Assembly: GCA_965649765.1 (NCBI GenBank)
Contig: OZ287750.1
Coordinates: 69,812,001-69,876,000, forward strand
Reading direction: 5' to 3'
DNA: 64,000 bases
Source of the DNA: Bispira polyomma
Taxonomy: Eukaryota
The notes under the pieces were generated by a model. That model saw only the letters and a program-made list of their open reading frames with translations, had not been told where the DNA came from and ran no database searches. Shown piece after piece: positions 35,701-47,700 of this stretch (its first letter is position 1; each line of letters starts with the position of its first letter). The position numbers and the translations under genes are program-made.

Positions 35701-38700
35701 CTGCTCAGAACTTGTATAAAAAGGGCTTGAACTGCTTAGAACTTGGAATTTAGTGTAATTTGGAGCAAAGGTTACATGAACGAGTGATGAACTGCTTAAA
35801 TCGGTTCAGATCTGGTCATAAATTTGTCATAAACTGGTGAAATCTGATCAAAACTAGGCATATCCTGGGCATAAACGGGGCTAAGCGGGGCATAAACGGG
35901 GGATGCATATATATGGAAATGAACATTTCCCACCATTCTTTCAAACTAGTGTGAGAGTCACTGCAAATCAGACGGCATGACCTATCAGTCGCCAAAATAC
36001 ACAACTTTACAGTAATGGGAGTTAGGGAGGAACCAATAGGTGACTTAATAGACGACTTATAAGGTTAAAGGTTCTCCCGCCTTTTCTAGCAATATTCATT
36101 ATTGAATTAAAACCCAAAGAGGGTACACGTTAAAAAATTTGGCTCAAACGGCGCCATATTGGATTTTTAGAAGGAAAATAATTGAAGTCTTATACAGTGT
36201 TCTTAGTATTGCATTTTAGTTTTTTACAACTGGATACGTGTTTTTAAGATATATATTTTACTGTGGCGTAAACAATTTATAAAAATGGGACAAGGAAAAC
36301 GCTCAAATTCAGTGGTGTTATATGAGTGCTCGAGATGCAACGAAAAACACGAAAGGCCAGTAGGGACAAGATGCCAACGAAATCTACTACTACTCCAGGA
36401 AAATGACCAAGACAGCACAGATCTTACTACAATTGATCAGCTGTCAAGTGTAATACATCTGAAAATATGTTACATGAAATGTGTCAACGACAACAAGTCA
36501 TGATGGACACAATTTTAAGCACAGTTTCCAAGCTAGAGAAAGAAGTTACAAGCCTTAAAAATAGGGATCCCGTAGTTACTGAAACAGTAGTTTTACCTGA
36601 AGCAGAACACGTAGCTGAATTATTAGCCCACGTTAACGGAAAACAGATTCGCACCTTTACAACAAGGTATGGAGGGACAAGGACGTCCTATTCCAGCTCC
36701 TTGACGAAAAAACCAGACAGAAATTCTAGCTAACACGTTCCCTCGACAGATACCGTCATATCACGTTTCAAACACACAGACGGAACAGTCAACTTACCCG
36801 ACGGAGCAGATGCAAACAACACATTTCAACAGAGGACAACTCGCGTTTCAGCAACCACACAGCACGTTGCCTTATACACATTACCAGATGCCAGAAGAAA
36901 TTCAAAGTACTCAACATGACATAGTGCCGTCGACAGAAGTCTTACAACAATCGGCTCGAATTCAAAACGAGGTGACAGCTCGACTTCATCAACTGGAAGC
37001 GATAGCCACAGGGGACCTACTACATGGTAAGTCGCTTGGTAAACGAAAATCTGGCAGATATAATGTAACAGAAGTGTGCACGTCCGACCCGATGTTTAAG
37101 TGGCCCAACGAAGGTTGCTTAACAGGAGTGAATAAGAAACGGATTTTGTTTGATGATCTCACACTTGCTCAGTTTACATCCGGTCAAATACACAATATTT
37201 TAGAAGTAGCAAATCCAACAGTAGTGAAAACTATGTTGAGGCAGTTAGGTGACACCATTCGTGACACGTCTAATATCTCTTGGCCGGTAGCCAAGGGAGC
37301 CTATGCAACCAATATACATGATATAGAAGAAGGAAGGCTGACGTGGTTAGACGAGAATAAGTGGTAATGAATGGGCTTTCGTATTCTCAAGCATTAATGG
37401 CATCCTCGACGACTTCACTCACGACAAACAACAGTTCAAACACAAGTCAAACAACAAAATCGCGAATTCCGTGCCGTCATTTTCAAAAGAGTCAATGTAA
37501 TCAGGAGGGCGATCACGAGAATGCTACAACAATCTTCAAACATATATGTAGCAACTGTTTTAAGATTAACAAGCGAGAGAATTCACACCCAGAAAGTAAA
37601 TGTTTCAAGATACATGGCAGACCAACAGTGACAACTCCGTCACTATCAAGTCAATAGGACACAGGACTGCAGTACAGGACAACAGCAACAATTGGACAGA
37701 TTAATAAAAAAGTGTACAGTACATCAAGCATGTTTGTACATAGAGGTGACAATGATAAGTTTTTAAAAAATGAAAAATGGACGAAATCAAAGTTAAAAAA
37801 TAATTTTGATAATTTAGATAACAAAATTAATAAGTATCAAGTGTATGATGATCTAGAAATTAGAAATAATAATCTAGTAAAAAATGAAAGTAATGAAATA
37901 AATAGAGAATCAAAAAATGCAAAAGACACTAGTATACTGACAGAAAGTCAGAAGACACTATATGAGTACAGTAGAGTAGATGAAAGTGTAAATATAGAAA
38001 GTAGTGATATATGTGTACATAGTAACATTGAAATGAACAATAATGAAGGGTATGATAGTATACATAAACCCAAGAACAGTGATTATCAGAAGGTTCTGGC
38101 AGACATTTATGTAAATAGTAATAGTAATGTAATTTTATACTATCTAATGTGTAGAAATGAACCGCAATTTACTGGGGTGTATAGAGTAATAGTAAGTAAT
38201 AACTTACTGGCATTTCACCAAGTCAATTGTAAAATAAGTGCAATCTGGCCATTGAATTATGTGACATCTACACAAGTAGATGTGATAATGACAGATAACA
38301 AAATCAATTACAAGGACAAATACATGACAAAGAACAAATATAGAAACACACACACAAGAAAAAAATACACAGAACCAACTGCTATACTGACATCATTGAC
38401 AGTTTGTGTCGTAATAATGACACTGACACTAACATAGAACAGAGACGGACAGCCGTTTACAAAACAAACAAGAATAGACATGTAGGGCATAAAGAGAGCT
38501 TGACAAGAGACAATAATACTGTAACTAAAGAAAACAGAAATAGGAAATGACAAACGACAAAACAAACAGTCGAAGTAAGTCACACACATGATAGAAATGA
38601 TCACGGGACAGGGGTTATGAACTCGTTATTGAATGAAATAGATAATGAAGTTTGGAAGTTAGATTCTTATGACATGACAACAGACAATAACATAAATAAG

Positions 38701-41700
38701 GAAGATGACAAGGACAGTAGATTATATAGTTTTATTCCATTGAACAATACAGATTTACGGGACCAAGTGTGGAACCAGTAGAGATTGACACGTTTGATAA
38801 ATTGCTAAAAATATGTGAAATTATTAAAGATACAGGACAAGAGAATTATAAAGAAGCAAGAATCCCAATACAGTCAGGATTGAAAAGAGATAACTGGAAA
38901 AAATATTTGGCTAATTATAAAGATCAACAAGTACTTCAGTATATAGAATTCGGATTCCCTATTCCTGTGTATGATAGAAATAGACTAAATACAAAAAACA
39001 TAACAAATCATTACTCGGCGTTAAAATACCCTGAGTATATTGAAAAATATTTCAAAACAGAAGTACAGAAAGGCACAATAATAGGTCCAATTAAAGGGGA
39101 AATTCACACTGAATTCCACTGTTCCCCTTTATTGACCAGGCCTAAAGATCATGATCAACGCAGACTAATTCTCAACTTGTCACATCCAGCTGGTTCCTCA
39201 GTAAACGACCATACGTATAAAAACATTTATGACAATGTAAGTTTCAACTTAAGGTTACCAACAATTGACCAGATAGTACGAGAAATACAGACTATAGATG
39301 ACGCAATGTTGGCAAAGGTCGACATTGCGCATGCGTTTAGGAACTTAAGGATTGACCCGTATGACAGTCTTAAACTCGGTTATCAATGGGAAACGCAAAA
39401 TTATATTGATCTTAGCTGGACCTTCGGATTAACGCACGGAACGGCCGTGTTTATGAGAGTTTCGGACGCAGGGACGCACATTATGCGTCAACGTCGTTTT
39501 AAAGTGTTTAATTACATCAACGACTTCGTAATTTGCGAAACAAGACCAAAGGTCACCTTAGCTTATGAATTTCTACAAAAATTATTGCAAGAGCTAGGTC
39601 TACCAATAAATAAGAAAAAACTCGTACCACCCAATAAAAAAGTAACATGTATGGGAATTACAATCGATATTGATCAAGGGACCTTAAGCATAGACGAAAA
39701 TAAACTAGAAACCATATATGAAACATGTGAGAGCTTTCGTGACCTCAAGAAAGTCACTAAAACGAAATATCAGTCTCTATTAGGAAAGTTACTGTACATT
39801 AGTCGATGTATAAAGCCTTCCAGGATTTTTATGAATCGGATGTTATGTTTACTAAGAGAACACACAAGTCAAAAAATGATTTGGCTTACGAATGAGTTCA
39901 AAAAGGACCTAAACTGGTTTTTACAATTCTTGTTTACATTCAATGGCATGACAAGCTATCGAGACAAGAACATAACATTTGAAAAATTATTACATGTAGA
40001 CGCGTGCTTACAAGGGATAGGCGGAATATCCGATAGTAAAGTGTTTACTGCTCCCATTCCTCTCTGTATAAAACAAGACTTGTCAATTGTACACTTAGAA
40101 ATGCTTAGCATTGTTATAGCATTTAAATTATGGGCCAATGACTGGAATAATAAGACAGTAAAAATCAGATCTGACAATGCTGCTGTTGTGGCTGTAGTGC
40201 AGTCAGCTAAGAGTAGAGACATATACTTAAGCACATGCTTAAGGAATCTATGGCTAATTTGTGCGAGACGAGACATTGAAATAATTATTGAACATATACC
40301 AGGAAAAAAGAATATATCAGCTGACATACTGTCAAGATGGCAGATATTAGGACAAAATGCTGAAAGAATTAAGAATATAATAAATGAAACTTTTAGCATG
40401 GAAATAGTAACCATTGACATGTTTAATTTAGATACTGACATTTAATTTCAGGCACTACAGACAAGATACAGCCCCTAGTACGAAAAGCACTCAAGAGATT
40501 AGGGGACTGTCATCGACCAAGAACAAACAGACAGTACGACAGTCACATGAGACTTTATATGGCTTTTATTATTTACTACAATATTATAGAAACTTTCAGT
40601 ATCGGTACAGTTCTGGCTTTTCTCGAATTCTTACAACAAAAAGGGCTATCATATAGAGTAATCAACAATTACCTGGCTTCTATAAGATACTTTGCAAAAA
40701 AGCTACATATGGATGATGCACAACTTTATGATTCAAGAATTTCGTTATATCAAAAATCTATCATGTTGACGTCAAATTTCAAACCAACTCCTAAAGGAGT
40801 TTTTGACATCAACCAATTACATACAATTTCAAGACAGTGCCAGCTAACTCACTTTCCAGAACTGTATCGAACTGCATTCTTATTTGCTTTTTTCGGCATC
40901 CTGAGAATTTCCAATCTCACACCATCATCACTCTTGGAATTTGACTCAACAAGACACATAACAAGGTCTGACATAATTTTTGAATCACCAGGGCTACATT
41001 TAGTCTTTAAATGATCTAAGACTAATCAGTCAAGGTCACAACACAATATAATTCAATTACCAAGTTTAAAACTGGTTATGTCCAGTCACAGGAGTAAAGG
41101 CTTTATTTCAAAAATATCCTTTACCTTTACATGGCCCATTACTGGCAAATCCAAAGAATGGAGGTAAATGAACTACCGATTCACAATTAAGAATAATACT
41201 TAAAGATATTTTAAAAAAGAGTCAAATCCCTCACACTGGTCATTCTTTTCACTGTTTCCAAAGGTCAGGGGCTTCCTTGGCCTTCAACAGTAATGTTAAA
41301 TTACAAAACATCCAGAAACATGGATGCTGGAAGTCTGATGCAGTTTGGGCATATTTGGAATCCACATCTCATGCAGCTTCAATCATTCCGGATACTTTCG
41401 CTGCAATCATCCCTCCCTCTTTCTAATTTTTGGGGTTTTGGCATTTTAAATTTTAAGAATTGCTTAAAATTCTTGTACAGTCGTAAAAATTAGAAATTGT
41501 AAAATAAATTATCCCAAACAGCATCAGACATTTCCTGACACTTACACATATGAAACTGAAACATACTCACTAACTTCATGAGCATATGACCTCGAGGGCA
41601 ACTAAGATGACTTATGAGGACAAAACATCTGTATCTTTGGAGACTGTGAGAGTCACTGCAAATCAGACGGCATGACCTATCAGTCGCCAAAATACACAAC

Positions 41701-44700
41701 TTTACAGTAATGGGAGTTAGGGAACTTGTTTACCAAGAAGGAACCAATAGGTGACTTAATAGACGACTTATAAGGTTAAAGGTTCTCCCGCCTTTTCTAG
41801 CAATATTCATTATTGAATTAAAACCCAAAGAGGGTACACATTAAAAAATTTCCACACCCACCTCCCTGATTTAACACTGATTACAAAACTTGGATGTAGA
41901 ATGATGGAAAGTAAAAGTATAAATGAAGAAATACTATTGAATCAAGTTGATTTTGAATGTGATAATAAGCTATTATATAGAGGAATGTTTACCTCTTTCT
42001 TAGCACCACTTTTTACATGGTATTCTTTTTATTACTGTTTTACCTACTTTTATTGTATTTTATGGTAGCCAAAGTGACATTTTAAATTTTAAGAATTGCT
42101 TAAAATTCTTGTACAGTTGTAAAAATTAGAAATTGTAAAATAAATTATCCCAAACAGCATCAGACATTTCCTAACACTTACACATATGAAACTGAAACAT
42201 ACTCACTAACTTCATGAGCATATGACCTCGAGGGCAACTAAGATGACTTATGAGGTCAAAACATCCGTATCTTTGCAGACTGTAAATGTTGCAAGAACTT
42301 AGACCGTGTGACTGCCACATTATAAGTGTTAGGCTTAACTTTTATGTCTAAAATATTTAAGACTACCTCCTGTTAGTCTTAATATTAAGTGCAAAGTTAA
42401 TACTAAGCAAAGTTATTTTTATTGTCATTGGGACTAATGCCGTGGTCGCGTTATGTTTTTTTTGTAAACAGGAGAAAACAAATTGAAAAACTATGGGAAA
42501 ATTGGAAAACGTAGTAAAATCAAATGTATGGTCCCTATTGTACATGTTCAGTACGCATATGTACACGTTTGTACACTTAGCCATCTCAATTATGTAGACA
42601 CGTTTTAATGATACGTTAGCTTGGTTAGCCACGTTTTTAGAAATACGTTACTCATGCTTCTAAACCCGTTTCAGTTCCCTTCTCATTTTTAACGTTTGTA
42701 AGCCTGTTTCGTTCTCGTTCTCCTCGTCCTTAATATTATTGGTAGGCATAGGTAGGAAACCTAAGCTCAGTGTGACCACGATATAAGCCAACATCTTAAC
42801 CTTTACGACAAAATTCAAAGATTAGAATGTTAAGCTAAAGATGAAGACCTTCTGTGAATATGGCCCCAGACTAGTACTAATGTATTGATTCTATTTATAA
42901 CCAGATAACATTTGCCTATCTATATATTTTATATTTATAAATGTAATTGGAAAAAATCCTATCAGAGAGTAGAATAGTAGGATCACAGCATTTTTTTCTC
43001 TTTTTCCATGTAGTGCCTTTCTATCGAGGCTTTAACTGAAATGACATTTCATCATTCAAGACCATTGCTAACTGTCACGATAAAGGTATTATGTTTATGA
43101 CATAATTAAACCATGTCATCTTATACTACAGTATGTTCTACACATATGGATGAAATTCCACCCTGCCCATAACACTGCCTATTATTAAATTCTGGGATTA
43201 TATTTCATTGAACATTTTTTTTTGCAGAGCATATATGTGTAGCATAAAAAGAGGGTTTCTAACGTTTAACTTCTTTTGCAGCTGTATAAATTAAACACAT
43301 TTACATGACTCCATCTGTTATACATAATGATACGCAAGACTACACATACAATAATGTGTGTGTTTTTTATTTACCAATCAATGTGGATATTTAGAACCCA
43401 AACTAAATACCATATGTTAAAGTATACATTTTACCCCTTGAGATGAAAACAGGAAGGTCTTTTAGAAAAGAATCTTAATGAAAAAATATGTAAACTTTAG
43501 CAATGCAGGTGAAATCCATTTGATATGTGTTCGACCTAAGTTGGAAAGTATCCATAAAAAATGTTACAATAAACTCTGGGATATGATAGTATATCATAAA
43601 TGACACAATCATTGTATACGATTGTATGTATCCTTGTATACGATATTATATCATAAACAGACTATGAATTTAACAACTTTGTCAATGATGTTGCGCTTTA
43701 AAAGGTGCCTGGCATCAATTAAGCTCTTTGAAAATCTATCATCATCAATTAGATGAAAAAGTCATAACCATCTAGATCAGTTTTATAAAATAATGTGTAT
43801 CCATAGATTCAAACTAGTGGTTCATTTTATCTCAGAAATGTGGAAGAATAGAAATAGGTTACTGATCAACAACCTAAAGCCACCTTAACTTGATACGTGA
43901 TAAATAAGCCCATCAATACTGTATACAGTATTATTGTTCTAATGTACATAAATACTGTGTCACTACAATAAATAAATGAATAAATAAATAAATACTATTC
44001 AAACTAAAACAAATATTTGATATCTTACATTTGAATCTTAATTATCAAATCACTTTTAAATAATTATGTTATTCAGTTGATCAGATTATAATAGATTACA
44101 AAATTACCGAACAGTGTTATGTGATGAGGGCCATAAAAATATAAAAACCCATTTTACATCAAAATAATTTGCAAAGGACTGAACAATTCTATGTCATTCA
44201 TTACTGTAATATTTAAAGTGTTTAAAGTTATTTAGGAAACGTGATTTTTTAATTTTTTTAAAAAAATTCCCATTGAAGACAGAAAAACATACGTAAAAGG
44301 CGTATTCATACTATTGTGAGCTAAAATATTGATTGAAATCGATAATGAAGCAACCAATAAAAGCCTTTTCACTAAATGACACGCCATACAACTGCTCACA
44401 CAAGAGGATGATTCTGGTTTTTGACTTGTCTTTTGTCATTTGATCTTGTTGTAACCTTTTACCAGTGAGAGGTTTCTATAAAGGGGAGAATGGATAGAAA
44501 ATGTTCACTATGTACACGGTAGATTTATAGCAGATTTTACTCCCTGTGCGTGTAACAGGTTTTTGTAGTTAAAAGAATGAATGGAGATTTAGTAGCACAC
44601 GCCAGCTGTTGAAGGAGTAGACTGAGTTAAAATGTCATTTATATACAATAATGAGGCTAAATATCAGTGACTGATTTTACTATAAAATAGTGGAGATTTT

Positions 44701-47700
44701 ATGTTAACACAAGCTGATATGAGTAAGCAGAAGATTGGAGTGAACTTTCTAATGAAGCAATAATTTGTTTTGTACTTTGTATTCAACATTTCTTAAATAT
44801 ATTTAAAAACTTTCAAAAAATTAAGGTCAATTTAAACTCAATGCATCTAAATTTTAGGGCCACCTTATCTTAACTCACGTTAAAGTTGAGGTAATCTTAA
44901 TACTTTACCTAAAATCTTATGCTCAAACTTTTTACAGAAGATATAGGTAAGTTGTTAATAAATACAAGTAACACTGATAAGCATCCACAGTTTGTTCTGA
45001 TATGAGGTTTACTGGTTTAGTGTTTATGTACTCAATATTAACTTGGTAACAGATGGAAAACTGATACTAAACATACTATAAAATAAACATTTCCAAATGT
45101 ATCTTTTTGTCATAAATCTACTTTCATATGCAAACATCAAAATAATGACCTTTACCTGATCATTAATAATACTCAGCTCGCTTACAATTGATAACCTTAT
45201 TATTTAGTATAATTATTTGTTCAGAATGGAGTTTACCACTGTTTGTTTTATTGACTTCCATACTTTGGAGAATGGTAATCCATGAGATCTATAGAATGAG
45301 TCTTGAAATATTTATAACTGCTATTACTTAAATATAATATAAATAATAAATGTCATGATGTATTACATTTGCAGTTTTAATTCCACTGAAAGAATGACAA
45401 TAACTTTTATAACCTTTAGTTATATTAAGTTTTTTTTGTTTGTTTTATTGTGGGTTGTGCCTCTTTAATAAAAGAACAGAGGCTAACTCTGTCAAGGCAG
45501 CATTCAGCCATGTTCTGTCTAATGGTTGTATGATTAGTGAATTAACCATTGGGGGCTGTTCTATATTAGCACTTATTAACACATAGAATAAGCACTGCCA
45601 AAAACATGATTAAGTTAGGTCTGATTATGTTGGTGGTGTGCTCTGAATAAGCAATTTATATATATATGTATTTTTATTTTATTTAGTTATTGTAAGTGAC
45701 ATGCAATATAATCATAACTACAACCAAAATGTAAACAAAAATTGCCAAGTCCTAATGGCTTACATTCTTACTAAAAGTGATAATAAGAACAATTTACCAG
45801 AAGGTTGCATCTTTCTAGATTGGTTTCATATATTTGTATACTTCATGCAGTATGTCTCTGCATTCTGGGTCACAAGGCAGTCATTCACATTTTCATGGGT
45901 GATCATAAAGTCCCATGTTCGACTCCTGCTAATGCCACTAGGTCATTGGTAAAATAACATCCTTGGACAAGATCCGACCAAGCCATTCCATACTGATGAT
46001 GACCCAGGCTATGTTGTATGTCTGATCCTTTTAGAGAAATTGTGCCTTTGGATGAGGATATATTGATAAGGTGTTATATAAATGATTCAATACTGATATT
46101 AATACTCAGGTGAATCGTCAGCATGTCTTTAAATATGCAGTACCACTGTATAGATTTGTTCTCAATGTGTTATTTTTTTTACAAATACCCTAAAGAATAG
46201 TCCGTCCCTTGAGTTTAGCATATTTTTATTTCCAACTCGATATCTGTTCGATCTGGCTTATTAGCTACAAAATGTATACAAAAATATGTATTTACCCAAT
46301 TTGCCAGAGACTTACAAAGAGAAACACGTCCAATGCACTTGGCTTAATTGAACTTGAGATTGCAGATTTGTATCAAGGAAGAAGTGAAGCCCCCTTTTTC
46401 CCGCCTTTTTTGTTGGCAGGGGTAGACGACATTTTGACATGGATGCTATTTACCAAAATCGTGGGGTTCACGCCACTTTCTACACCAAATGATCAAAAGA
46501 GCCATATCCCCAGAGAACCTTATAGTAAGATGTACTTAAACTGGATTCAATCGCTAGCTCAGTATAAGCTAAAACAGCCTGATATTTGAGAATAATATTA
46601 ATTTTACACCTCCACAAAGTGATATAGAATATACACAAGCATCTCAAATATCAAATCCAATTATCATTGAGACTTGAAAAAGTATTTAAGTCACAGATAT
46701 CAGACTAGTAAACTTGTCCATTTTATTAGAGTAAATGGAAGGTTTACATAGCTTACATTACACTTTGTCAGAATAAATGTGATTCCCTTTGCATTATAGA
46801 ACTGATGACAATTTTAAATGGAGGAGAGGGAAAAAGGAGAAAAACTGAAACCTAACACGTGAATAATTCAGTAAACAGACCACATTTACACATGAAAATT
46901 ACCTTTTCTGTTGATAAGAGGACATAAGACAGAACCTAACATCTGTTGAGCTGCTAAAGCTGTTTTTAAAAAATCTCATGAATCCCAAAGTAGTATTGAT
47001 CTTTCCCCTAATCCCCATCTTTATCCTAAATTTTCTAGGGGGTTTCTCCTTTACTTTCAAAATCAACTTAGGTTTGTATTACATTGCTTTTAATGGCTTA
47101 TGAGGTCGTTTACAGCTTGTTTTACAAATGGAGTTTTAGATGATTTTATATAGCGCTTAATATACACAAACCCATATGGACACATATTGTAAAAATACAT
47201 ATTAACTTATACACATCATTTCTATATAAAAAATATACTTATGACTGGTATATATACTTAAAGCTAAAACCTGACATTGCAGTGTTACCTCATGCCCAAA
47301 CTCATTCCACAAACTGTGATGCGAGTTGAGGCGACCGCCATTTTCACACATGGCAAGCCATCCCTTTGGAAGAGCAAAGCAGCAGAAGAGATTGTCCATC
47401 CAGATACCTCACTCGTAATGACCGCTAACTCATTGCTCCTGAAAGAAACACCCTTCAGAATCCATTCGCTTAATTTCTTCCTGTAACAGTTCCATTACTC
47501 GGAAATGATGGGCATAATCTGGTAAAAGATGGAAATGTAATCCCCCCAAAGCGGCCCTGTCGTAGGCTCTGCTACTCTAAGTCTCACATAGCCTTTCTCA
47601 GGACCAATTGTTGTATTTATTATATCTAAACATATTTAGAATTATGGTTTTCGTATTAGTTTTTGTATTTATACTTTGATGTTGTACATTAACTTACATT

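Larger units (their letters stand above)
35950..42283 (+). mobile_element. Full-length but defective Ngaro-like tyrosine-recombinase retrotransposon (DIRS order)
   Basis: Split direct repeats A1 35950-36140, B1 41442-41647, A2 41645-41851, B2 42078-42283; gag, RT/RNase H and YR in order; no methyltransferase after RNase H, which favours Ngaro over DIRS1/PAT. Confidence 0.93.
35456..42319. mobile_element. PIF/Harbinger-like MITE (about 530 bp) split by the Ngaro insertion
   Basis: Left end TGTAGCGATCACACTGTCCACGTTC and inverted right end TGTGGCAGTCACACGGTCTAAGTTC (19/25 identical); TTA on both flanks (35453-35455, 42320-42322). Confidence 0.65.

Noticed and set aside
39956-40441. 161-aa minus-strand ORF
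   Set aside because: Antisense shadow of the RNase H coding region with no recognisable motif.
35950-42283. Idea that the element was mobilised in trans while already dead (similar repeats but many ORF lesions)
   Set aside because: About 1.5 percent repeat divergence plus an indel is roughly compatible with the number of lesions over 5 kb; cannot be decided without the family consensus.
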